From: an uncultured Gammaproteobacteria bacterium
GTDB lineage: Bacteria > Patescibacteriota > Patescibacteriia > SG8-24
Reading direction: 5' to 3'
DNA length: 64,000 nucleotides
Assembly: GCA_964491475.1 (NCBI GenBank)
Contig: CAZBFO010000002.1
Location: 80,501 to 144,500 of the forward strand
The notes under the pieces: generated by a model
What the model saw: the letters and a program-made list of their open reading frames with translations, nothing else
Databases searched by the model: none
Told to the model about the DNA's origin: nothing
Part shown: positions 17,680 to 28,742 of the stretch, piece by piece
How the letters are laid out: the number at the start of each line of letters is the position of its first letter
Numbering within the stretch: the first letter of the stretch is position 1
Position numbers and translations under genes: made by a program

Positions 17680-18867
17680 TCAATTGGCAAGCTGGGCTGC
17701 CGCGACAGGGCGAGGGGAGAGGTCCTTCGTTTGCGCGCGTCCCAGCGACTTGCCGATGGCCGCCAGAACCGTCTTCTCGGCATCGATGATGCCGGTCTGC
17801 GGGAAGCAGACGCGGGCGGTCTTTCGGGTGCCGTCGGGTTTGAGTCCGGCCACCAGGCCGAGCGCGTCGGCGTGCTTTTCGGTCGAGACCAGCGCGCAGA
17901 TGCCGGCCACCTTGCCCGGCGCGTTCTCGGCTTCCTGCTCGTACAGCAGGCCGACGATTTCCGCTTCAGGGGAGTTCATCATCAGCTCGTCGATGACGTC
18001 GGCAAGATGCTCTTCCGAAGCGCCGGCGTGGATGAAATCCTGACGGACGAGCAGCGACCAGGCCATCTTCAAAGTCGGATCGAACTTGAGGCGCGCGAGG
18101 GTGCGGCCCCAAAGCTTGAGCGTGGATATGGAGCGGGTGCGGTACAGGCTCTGCACGATTTCGTCGCGGCGCGCGCCCGCGGCGACGAGCGCGGAGGCGA
18201 TGTCCAGCGTTTTGGGGGTGACGCTGGAAGTCTTGAAGCTGCGCGTCTTGAAGATGATTCCGGCCATCAGGCAGGTGGCCACGTCCTCGTTGAGAAAGTG
18301 CTCGCCGGTGGCCTTGAGCAGCGAGTAGACGCACTCGGCGGTCGAAGTGGCGGTGATGTCGACGGCGTTGAAGTTGCCGTACTGCTCGTTGGCCGTGTCG
18401 TGGTCGACGTTCAGCACCGGGCGGTTGTAGAACAGCTCGGTGTTCTTGCTGAACAACGAACCGAGCGCCGCATAGTCCGGCGTGTCGAGGGTGATGATGC
18501 AGTCGTATTTGAATTCGGTGGTGGCAGTGCTCACGTCGGCGGCGTCGTACCGGCCGCCGTCCTTGGCGGTGACGTTGATGCGCAGCTTGCCGCCTTCTAT
18601 GTCGTACGAAAGCTCGTCGATTTTGCTCTTGGACACGTCCAAGCTGATGACGAACTTCTGCAGGTGGCTGAAGCGGGGGAGGATGCGATCGGCGTTCGGC
18701 AGGAAGCCGATGGCCTTAGTGGGCGCGAAGCCGTCCGCGACGATGTCCACGCGCTTGCCGCGCTTTTCAAAAAAAGCCGCCAGCGCCAATGCCGAGGCGA
18801 CGGCATCGACATTCCATTCCTTGCGGAAGGTGATGAGCAGGTGCTTGCTGGCAAGCGCCGTCTCCAT
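17680..18867 (-). CDS. DHH-family phosphoesterase (NrnA-like oligoribonuclease / pAp phosphatase)
   Basis: NVDHDTANEQYG (DHH-motif region), C-terminal DHHA1-like region. Start METALASK, with GGAG 8 nt upstream (ATG rev 18865-18867). Confidence 0.65.
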   Translation of the reverse strand: METALASKHLLITFRKEWNVDAVASALALAAFFEKRGKRVDIVADGFAPTKAIGFLPNADRILPRFSHLQKFVISLDVSKSKIDELSYDIEGGKLRINVTAKDGGRYDAADVSTATTEFKYDCIITLDTPDYAALGSLFSKNTELFYNRPVLNVDHDTANEQYGNFNAVDITATSTAECVYSLLKATGEHFLNEDVATCLMAGIIFKTRSFKTSSVTPKTLDIASALVAAGARRDEIVQSLYRTRSISTLKLWGRTLARLKFDPTLKMAWSLLVRQDFIHAGASEEHLADVIDELMMNSPEAEIVGLLYEQEAENAPGKVAGICALVSTEKHADALGLVAGLKPDGTRKTARVCFPQTGIIDAEKTVLAAIGKSLGRAQTKDLSPRPVAAAQLAN

Positions 18868-19008
18868 GAATTGTCGCTCCGGAGGAAGGGCCATGGTGCG
18901 AGAGAGATAAGGGGAAAACGTAGCCCGATGAAAAAGTGCTGTCAACTCTTGCTAGAGGAGTCGGCGGCGGCTAAGGTGAACGCTGGCTGCAAAAAAGGAG
19001 GCACGCTC

Positions 19009-19428
19009 GTGACTAGCACGGAACTGCAAAAGGCCATCGTCAGCATCCTTCGAAACTTGGACACGGACGATCCGGTCGTGCGTTCGTTCCATTCCGCATT
19101 CCGTTATCGGCAGCAGAACGCGACCACTTTCGAGTCCGAATCGGACTCGTTGGCTCTGGAGACCGCTCTCGAGCGCGCTTTCGTCGTTTACACGCCTGAC
19201 GAGGTGTGGTCCGGGGAAGTCGATCCCGAAGGGCCGAACATGTTCTTTGCTCTCGACCTCGCCACCGCAGCCGAGAGCATCCCCCTCGGCGTGTACCAAC
19301 GTCTCGTCCGGCGCCTCGAACACATGCAGCGCGAACTGAAGGACGAGGCCGACGTCCGTCAGTTCCTGATGTGCGCGTTCTGCGCCTACGTGCGTCGGAA
19401 GGAAGAAAATCTTTCTCCTGGACCGTGA
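19009..19428 (+). CDS. hypothetical protein (139 aa)
   Basis: RBS AAGGAGG then GTG at 19009. Only the 3' end of a 565-aa track ORF, which is otherwise antisense to the DHH gene. Confidence 0.35.
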   Translation: MTSTELQKAIVSILRNLDTDDPVVRSFHSAFRYRQQNATTFESESDSLALETALERAFVVYTPDEVWSGEVDPEGPNMFFALDLATAAESIPLGVYQRLVRRLEHMQRELKDEADVRQFLMCAFCAYVRRKEENLSPGP

Positions 19429-19540
19429 CATGCGGTCTCCTTCGGAATGTCCAAGCCGATCGAATGCTTCTCCCATCACCATGCCCTTAGAGGCATGGTT
19501 TTTCATTAATGAATGGCCCTTGCCGTGCGGGCGTTCAAGC

Positions 19541-20896
19541 CTATTCCTTCCGTGCAATGTTCTTCAGTGCAGGTTCGATGGCGATCGCGTGCGATGCGCC
19601 GTAGACGACAAACGGTTTTTTCCCCTTTGCCTTGGCAGCTGCGATTTGCCGCACCAGATGCTTGTCCCGTTCGCTGTTCCAGGCGGCGGAAACCTTGTTG
19701 ATGGTGCTGACGTTGCCGCGCGGATCATGCTGCGCGTTGACGGCGTCCATAGCCACCTTTTGGTCGTCCGGAACGCCCTCATTGCGGCGCAGGAGTCCTT
19801 CCAGGGAGGGAACAAGCGTCTTCGCGTCGGCCTTGCCTGTTTCCGCGAAGGCGCGGTTCGCGCCTGCCACGTATTCCGCCACCACCTTCGTCGTGAGCGC
19901 CTCGAGGGTCGGCACGTCTCTCTTGGCCACCGCCGCGTCAACGGCCGTTCTTGTCTCCTCATTGATCCATTTCGTGCCGGCCAAGCGGTCGAAGTCGTAA
20001 AACATGCGCGCAAACTCCAGTTTGGAACTCTCGGGTGTCGCGTCGGGATGCGGTTGGCCGATTTCCGAAGTGAATTGGCGCATGGTCAGATAGAGACCGA
20101 TCTCATCTTTCGAAAAACCTTGTGCGCCAAGTTCGGCCACGATTTGGTCCTGCGGCTTTTCCGGCGAAGTCACCTCAACGCCCTCGTTCTTCGCCGTCCA
20201 GAGCAACGCCCCTTTTTCGCCGAATTTTTTTACGGCTTCGGCTTCGTTGTCCAAGCCGTGCAAAAGCTTGGTGAGGCCGTCTTGAGCGAGGTCTTCCGGA
20301 TTGTATATGCCTTCGACCATGAATACCGCGTCTTTCTTCGAGGTTCCGGCGAGAAAGGCGTCACGCTGCTTTGCAAGCGCCTTCACCGTTTCGGATTCCG
20401 GGTTGTTGGTATGCGCCGTGCCGATTACTTCATAACCGTCCTCGGCAGAACCGTAGGTCAGATTTTTTCCTCCCATGGTTTCGATTTTTTCCCGCATCGC
20501 CGCATCGTCATAGCCGACGAGCAGCTTGATGGCGTTCTCGGCATCAAGTACCCCCTTCTCCCGTTGCAGTTCCTGGAGTCGTTCCGCCTGTCTTGCCGCG
20601 AAAGCGATGGGGGACTCCACAACGTTGCCGTGAATGAGCGACTTGCTTTCCGGGCTGATTTCGGTCGCCAAGGCAGATTCGATGGCCGACGCGTAGGCCG
20701 CGAACTTGGCTTCCTTCTCCTTCTGGAACGCCGCCAGCCTCTCGGGCGCGACGGCGTCCGGAGCGATGCGGTCGGCCTCCGTCTCGATCTCTTGCCGTCG
20801 TTCAGCGCGTGGCTGCTCCAGAGAAACTTGCCGCTCATTTGGGCGTTCTGGCGACGCGGGCCGCTCTTTGGACGCCGCATTTTCGCGTTCATTCAT
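19541..20896 (-). CDS. TraB/GumN-family-like protein with an E/R-rich N-terminal extension
   Basis: VIGTAHTNNPES (GTxH motif) and C-terminal PFVVYGASHAIAIEPAL (the family's second conserved Gly/His motif); start uncertain. Confidence 0.45.
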   Translation of the reverse strand: MNERENAASKERPASPERPNERQVSLEQPRAERRQEIETEADRIAPDAVAPERLAAFQKEKEAKFAAYASAIESALATEISPESKSLIHGNVVESPIAFAARQAERLQELQREKGVLDAENAIKLLVGYDDAAMREKIETMGGKNLTYGSAEDGYEVIGTAHTNNPESETVKALAKQRDAFLAGTSKKDAVFMVEGIYNPEDLAQDGLTKLLHGLDNEAEAVKKFGEKGALLWTAKNEGVEVTSPEKPQDQIVAELGAQGFSKDEIGLYLTMRQFTSEIGQPHPDATPESSKLEFARMFYDFDRLAGTKWINEETRTAVDAAVAKRDVPTLEALTTKVVAEYVAGANRAFAETGKADAKTLVPSLEGLLRRNEGVPDDQKVAMDAVNAQHDPRGNVSTINKVSAAWNSERDKHLVRQIAAAKAKGKKPFVVYGASHAIAIEPALKNIARKE

Positions 20897-20929
20897 ATCG
20901 TTGCGTGCATGGCGATGCGTTATCCTTTT

Positions 20930-21736
20930 TCACGACGTTTCGGGATTGGCCGGATCGGCAGTCATCGCCCTGAATAAGATGGCAATCGGACGTTCTTCGG
21001 CTCGTTCAAGGGAAGTTTGGTCGATTACAATCGAGGCTTCTTCAGCATGCTCGTGCCGGAAATCTTTCTCCAGCTCCATGGCGTTCTCCAGGCAGTAACA
21101 AAGTTCCATGAAACTGGTCTCGTCCTTGTAGCCCGCGTTTGTCGAGGCGTGTTGTTTGAAGTATGCGCTAAAAAAATCGCGAAGATTGGCGCCCGGTTCG
21201 GGGAGGCCTTTCGGCGCAAGGTGATGAGTCCAAATGACGATCTTTGGCTTCACGATTTCGATGTTTTTTCGGATGACGTTCAGTGAGCCGGGCAACTTCG
21301 CACCATCGGCTTTTGGAGGTGCCATGAAGACGATGTCCGGTTGCCCTATTTCCGAGAGCTGGTCGGCGGTAAGCACGTGGGAATTGTCGGCAAAATGGGC
21401 GAGCCGAATGCCATCCACGGTGTAGTGCCAAGCGATGTTCAGGTCGCCATTATGTTCATATACGACCGTGCCGCGCAGGTTGAAGTTCGGGAAAGGGTTG
21501 TCGTTCGGCTTGGTGCGCGGGGCATGTTGCAGCCAGTCGCCGGGTGCGTAGGCGTGGTCGGCGTCAGGTTCGCTCATGAGCACGATATTTGCGCCGAACG
21601 GCTTTCCTCGGAAAGTCGACGGGAACGATGCGCCCAACGTCCATTCCGGTGCGGGATTGAAGGGGTCGATGAGCACCCTGAAGCCTTTCTCGTTTTCTAT
21701 TAAAAATGACGAGAGGCCGATAAAAGTAATCTTCAT
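20930..21736 (-). CDS. MBL-fold metallo-hydrolase
   Basis: Beta-lactamase-fold motif MSEPDADHA (HxHxDH-like). The track ORF begins at an alternative TTG (21745); the first ATG is at 21734-21736 (MKITFIGL). Confidence 0.55.
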   Translation of the reverse strand: MKITFIGLSSFLIENEKGFRVLIDPFNPAPEWTLGASFPSTFRGKPFGANIVLMSEPDADHAYAPGDWLQHAPRTKPNDNPFPNFNLRGTVVYEHNGDLNIAWHYTVDGIRLAHFADNSHVLTADQLSEIGQPDIVFMAPPKADGAKLPGSLNVIRKNIEIVKPKIVIWTHHLAPKGLPEPGANLRDFFSAYFKQHASTNAGYKDETSFMELCYCLENAMELEKDFRHEHAEEASIVIDQTSLERAEERPIAILFRAMTADPANPETS

Positions 21737-21784
21737 ATGCGGCAATTATACCAAATTTGAAAAAGCGGTCTGCAGTTGCCAAAC

Positions 21785-21813
21785 TTGCCACCACGCGCCC
21801 CATCCTTAATAAT
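21785..21813 (+). promoter_or_regulatory. candidate sigma70-type promoter for valS
   Basis: TTGCCA, 16-17 nt spacer, TAATAA/AATAAT, in the AT-richer gap upstream of valS. Confidence 0.25.
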
Positions 21814-21839
21814 GAACATCTATTGTTTTCCCTCTTGTT

Positions 21840-24611
<2,772 letters not shown>

Positions 24612-24639
24612 ATTGGCAAGCCCGTTGAAATTGAAGCAA

Positions 24640-24670
24640 AAAGCGGAAAGACGTCTTTCCGCTTTTCACA
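24640..24670 (+). terminator. rho-independent terminator of valS
   Basis: gcggaaagacgtctttccgc then tttt. Confidence 0.5.
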
Positions 24671-24677
24671 ATCAAAA

Positions 24678-24704
24678 AAAACGGACCATCGGTCCGTCGG
24701 CCCG
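24678..24704 (-). terminator. rho-independent terminator of the convergent minus-strand gene
   Basis: acggacc-gat-ggtccgt then tttttttt on the minus strand. Confidence 0.5.
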
Positions 24705-25622
24705 TCAGGAAGATGAGCCTTCCTCGAGAATTTTTGCGACCTCGGCGTCAGCGTCTGCGACGACTTCGGCCTCGTCCAGCTTGAGCCTCACTCGTTCCGT
24801 GGCCTGCCTGTGCTGCAAGAGCAGCGTGCGACGCTCCATCGTTTGCAGCCGGTCGCGTGCTTCGCTGCGCATCGGTTCGGGAAGCGTATCGACGCTGGCA
24901 CGCAAGTAGGCGATGTCTTCGCCAAGCGCTCCGTCCATGCGATTCCTGATCGTGCCCATCGCGCGGAATTGCAGCAGGGCGTCGTCCACGGCGGACGCGT
25001 ATGCGCGAATCGCGACGTGCCCCTTCAGCTCTTCGATTATTTTTTCCTCGCTTATCTTCAGGTGGCGAAGATAAGCGACGAAATCGTCCGGCTCGAGACT
25101 AAGCGCGGTCCGGTCTCCGTTCGAGAGACGGACAAGACGCGTTTCGCAATTGCAGATCTTTCCGAAGAGGGACTTGCGGCCCTGGTCCGAGAGACGAGAC
25201 AGGGGTTCGAGCGCGAAGTGGCCGCCTTCCCCGATGCGTGCTCTGCATATGTCGGCCCACACCTCGACGTTTCGCGCATGCGACTCGTATACGGTGTTGA
25301 TGTCGGTCTCGCTCAAGATTGCGTTGGCGCGCTGGTACGTATGCCAGCGCGACGGTTTCTCCTCCGAACGGAGCGCGTTGAGCATGCTTCGGAGATACGG
25401 CTTCAGATTCTTGTCCATCGCATCCACGGCTTCGTCGTAGCCCAGGGCAGCGATTTCGAGCAGGCGGAGGTTGAAAGTGTCACCATCGTCGCTTTGCGGT
25501 GCCGATTTGACGGCACTGGAGCCTTTTTTTCCGTGGCCGCTTTTCCGCTTCTCTTTCAGCCAGAGCGGAAGAAAGGTCCCTGTCCCCGCCAAACCGACGA
25601 GCATGAGCATGGTCTCGATCAT
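24705..25622 (-). CDS. hypothetical membrane-anchored protein
   Basis: Start MIETMLMLVGLAG (ATG rev 25620-25622); single N-terminal TM helix, rest helical and charged. Confidence 0.45.
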   Translation of the reverse strand: MIETMLMLVGLAGTGTFLPLWLKEKRKSGHGKKGSSAVKSAPQSDDGDTFNLRLLEIAALGYDEAVDAMDKNLKPYLRSMLNALRSEEKPSRWHTYQRANAILSETDINTVYESHARNVEVWADICRARIGEGGHFALEPLSRLSDQGRKSLFGKICNCETRLVRLSNGDRTALSLEPDDFVAYLRHLKISEEKIIEELKGHVAIRAYASAVDDALLQFRAMGTIRNRMDGALGEDIAYLRASVDTLPEPMRSEARDRLQTMERRTLLLQHRQATERVRLKLDEAEVVADADAEVAKILEEGSSS

Positions 25623-25744
25623 GTTTCTTCTCCGCTGTGTAAGGTGCGGCCGGAACGATCTCCGGTGCACCGAAACTAGCAGGAAGGCGTCTCCCGGTCA
25701 ACCACCAGCATTGACCGATCAGGGAATGGTCGGCTTTTTACGTT

Positions 25745-25773
25745 AAGGCATATTTTTTGGCTCATCTTAGCCA
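25745..25773 (+). promoter_or_regulatory. conserved AT-rich motif with palindrome TGGCT-N6-AGCCA (copy 1), 20 nt upstream of a consensus promoter
   Basis: aaGGCATATTTTTTGGCTcatcttAGCCAT; identical 16-mer plus AGCCAT recur at 51382-51409. Confidence 0.35.
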
Positions 25774-25792
25774 TAAATATTGCCATTAATGC

Positions 25793-25821
25793 TTGACAAA
25801 ACAGGCAAAATATGCTATAGT
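25793..25821 (+). promoter_or_regulatory. sigma70-type promoter, perfect TTGACA-17-TATAGT
   Basis: TTGACA 25793-25798; 17-nt spacer; TATAGT 25816-25821; about 60-nt leader to RBS AAAGGA and ATG at 25889. Confidence 0.55.
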
Positions 25822-25888
25822 CCTTTCATCGATAGCCTCACGGCTATTCGCTCATTCCAACGCATACCCCCCAACAAAGGATCATTCA

Positions 25889-26641
25889 ATGCACAAATCG
25901 TTCGGCCTCGCGCTTGTCTCGATGTTCGCTTCGCTGTCCGTTGCCTGCACGCAGGAAACGGCCGAGAGGGTCGTCGAAAAACCTGTCGAGGTCGTCCATT
26001 ACGTGCCGGTGCCGTCTTTGACACCCGCACCGCCTCCGGCCAACGCGGGCGAGGCAGCGCAACCTGCCCCGGCGACCGGTGCCGGAACCGAGCCTGCGGA
26101 GAATGTCCCCGCCTGCGACAAGACCCTCGCGGTCGATGTCTGGCGCGACGATTCTCATGTGGTCCACCCCGGCGACAAGGACGTCGTGCTCCTGCGCGTC
26201 AAAGTGACCGCGCCGTCATGCAGCGATGCCTTGTTCGGCGGAGTGGAGCTCAACATGTTTGCCACACAGCTCTCTCCGCAGTTCAACGCCCCGCTCTGCG
26301 CGAAGACGCCCTGCCTGACGGAAGACGATTTCATCTTCCACGATTGGAAGTTGAGGACGGCGGGCGATCTGGTCGTGCACAACGGCGGCGCGGACGCCTG
26401 GCATGGGTGGAACGTGCCGCAGGTGGTGGACATCCGTGCATGGTTTGACGTTCTCCCGAAAGGAGAATCTCGTTACATCGAGATCACGGCCGATCTGGCC
26501 GAGAATTACGTCATGCTTGCGGAGGGGCTGCGCTACCGCGCCTACGTGCGTTCCGTTTACACCGACATGCCGTCGAAAATCACCGATCATACGCTTCCCT
26601 TCGACAGCACGGCAGACACGGTCATCGTGAACTCCCGCTGA
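25889..26641 (+). CDS. lipoprotein with Cys-containing mature domain
   Basis: MHKSFGLALVSMFASLSVAC (lipobox LSVAC); the track ORF starts earlier at 25793 but the ATG at 25889 carries the RBS. Confidence 0.55.
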   Translation: MHKSFGLALVSMFASLSVACTQETAERVVEKPVEVVHYVPVPSLTPAPPPANAGEAAQPAPATGAGTEPAENVPACDKTLAVDVWRDDSHVVHPGDKDVVLLRVKVTAPSCSDALFGGVELNMFATQLSPQFNAPLCAKTPCLTEDDFIFHDWKLRTAGDLVVHNGGADAWHGWNVPQVVDIRAWFDVLPKGESRYIEITADLAENYVMLAEGLRYRAYVRSVYTDMPSKITDHTLPFDSTADTVIVNSR

Positions 26642-26800
26642 ACGCCATTCCCACCAACCCCGTCTCGATGCTTTCGAGACGGGGTTTGCATTTTTATCCG
26701 CGAAATCCGCCGTGGCCGCCTTCGTTTCCGCATTGACCGCAACGCCTTTCCCTGCTAGCTTCCAAGCGCGATCAACGCACATTCGAAAAAGGAGTTCGTC

Positions 26801-27418
26801 ATGAACGCAAAGGCAACCGCCGTCAGGGCCTTTCTGGAAGCGCAGGTGCCGAAGGACGGGCAGCGCAGCGCCGTGCTCGTCGACATGACCGCGGACATGG
26901 TCGCTCGTGCGCTGCGCGGCGAGCTGCACTGGGACCGCTGTGCGCTGGAGACGCAGCTCAAGAAGGCCATTGTCGGCGCCACCGGCCGTATGGTCGAACG
27001 GGTGTTCGCGGACGAGACGTTGCACCTTTTCAGGCGACGGCCGTACACCGTGGACTATTCCGAGTCGTTGGCCACTCGCGTTCGCGAGCGCCATTGGAAC
27101 CGTCTTCGTGCCGGCTTCGAGCGCGCGCACGGAGACAAGTGGGAGAAGGCCAAGGATGCCGTCTGGGACGCGATCTTCGCCGACGCGCGACCGTACGGCC
27201 TGACCGCTTGGTCCAACCCCGGCGACCCGCCGAAGAACTCGCCGGGCGAGAACTTGCTCACCACGCTGTTTTACTTCGTTTCCTTTGCCACGCTCGGCGA
27301 CGGCGAGGCGATGGAACAGCTGGGCAACCTGGTTCGTCTGCTGCCGCACGCCGTGCCCATCGGCGAATGGCGCAATCACGCCGGTCATTGGCTGTTCGTC
27401 ATTCATCAGGTCCGATGA
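26801..27418 (+). CDS. hypothetical protein
   Basis: RBS AAGGAG then ATG 26801; no motif recognised. Confidence 0.45.
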   Translation: MNAKATAVRAFLEAQVPKDGQRSAVLVDMTADMVARALRGELHWDRCALETQLKKAIVGATGRMVERVFADETLHLFRRRPYTVDYSESLATRVRERHWNRLRAGFERAHGDKWEKAKDAVWDAIFADARPYGLTAWSNPGDPPKNSPGENLLTTLFYFVSFATLGDGEAMEQLGNLVRLLPHAVPIGEWRNHAGHWLFVIHQVR

Positions 27419-27506
27419 ACGCCTCCGAGCCCCTCTCCCGGGGCTCTTTTTTATTCAGACGCGCACCCTTTCCAAAACCGCGTCCGTTCGCTACATTTTA
27501 CGCATT

Positions 27507-28718
27507 ATGTCCGTCTCCACCGACTCCAAGAAAATCGAACAGCTGCTGACTCGCCGCGTCGCCGACGCCGTGGTGATCGATTCGCTGCGCAAGAAGCTGA
27601 CCTCCGGAAAGGCGCTGCGCATCAAGTTCGGCGCGGACCCGACCAGCCCCGATCTGCACATCGGCCACGCGGTGCCGATCAAGAAGTTGCGCGAGTTCCA
27701 AGAGCTGGGCCACAAAGTGGTGTTCATCATCGGCGACTACACCGCCCGCGTCGGTGATCCATCCGGCAAGTCCAAGACGCGGCCGCAGCTTTCCAACGAA
27801 GAAGTCGAACAGAACGCCAAGACCTATTTCGAACAGGTCGGCCGCATCCTTGATCTCAAGAAGACCGAGATCCGTTACAACGGTGAGTGGTTCTCCAAAA
27901 TGGGCTTTGACGACCTGCTCAAGCTGGCCGGCCAGTTCACCGTCGCTCGCATGATCGAGCGCGACGACTTCGCCAACCGCCTGCGTGAGGGCACCGACGT
28001 GCACATGCACGAGCTGCTCTACCCGATGATGCAGGCCTACGACTCCATCATGGTCGATGCCGACGTAGAAATCGGCGCAACAGACCAGCGTTTCAACATC
28101 CTCGCTGGCCGTGACTTGCAGCGCAAAATGGGCAAGCAGGAGCAGGACTGCCTGTTCCTGGGCCCGCTGCTGGTGGGCACCGACGGCGTAAAGAAGATGT
28201 CCAAGTCGCTCGGCAATTACGTCGGCCTCACCGACACCGCCGACGAAATGTTCGGCAAGGTCATGTCGATTCCTGACGCCGCCCTGTGGGACTGGTTCGC
28301 GCTCACTACCGATCTGCCACACGAGGAGTTCCATGCCATGCGCGATGCCTGCGACAGGGGAGAGATGAATCCGCGAGACGCCAAGATCCGTCTTGCTAAG
28401 GAAATCATCGCCCAATACCATCCTGCATCCGAGGCGGATGCCGCCGAGCAGAACTTCATCAACTTGTTCCAAAAGAAAGAAATCCCGGACGACATCGCCG
28501 AAGTCACTGTGACCGGGGGCGAGCGCGCGCTCATCGATCTGCTCGTGGAGACCGGCCTGTGCGCCTCCAAGAGCGACGCCCGCCGTCAGATCGAGCAGGG
28601 CGGCGTGAAGCTCGACAACCAAGTCGTCACCGACATCGCGCTGACCGTGGCCGTCGGCGACACCGCCGTCATGATCCAGAAGGGCAAGCGCCACTTCGTG
28701 AAAGTCCGGGCAAAGTAG
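27507..28718 (+). CDS. tyrS: tyrosine--tRNA ligase
   Basis: HIGHAVPI (HIGH), KMSKSLGN, C-terminal S4-like domain. Start MSVSTDSKK (ATG 27507); the track ORF begins upstream inside the preceding gene. Confidence 0.9.
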   Translation: MSVSTDSKKIEQLLTRRVADAVVIDSLRKKLTSGKALRIKFGADPTSPDLHIGHAVPIKKLREFQELGHKVVFIIGDYTARVGDPSGKSKTRPQLSNEEVEQNAKTYFEQVGRILDLKKTEIRYNGEWFSKMGFDDLLKLAGQFTVARMIERDDFANRLREGTDVHMHELLYPMMQAYDSIMVDADVEIGATDQRFNILAGRDLQRKMGKQEQDCLFLGPLLVGTDGVKKMSKSLGNYVGLTDTADEMFGKVMSIPDAALWDWFALTTDLPHEEFHAMRDACDRGEMNPRDAKIRLAKEIIAQYHPASEADAAEQNFINLFQKKEIPDDIAEVTVTGGERALIDLLVETGLCASKSDARRQIEQGGVKLDNQVVTDIALTVAVGDTAVMIQKGKRHFVKVRAK

Positions 28719-28742
28719 CGTCCAACGGACACCGCACTCTCC

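Noticed and set aside
17731-19428. 565-aa plus-strand ORF
   Set aside because: Mostly antisense to the DHH phosphoesterase gene. Only the 3' end (19009-19428), which has its own AAGGAGG RBS, is kept.
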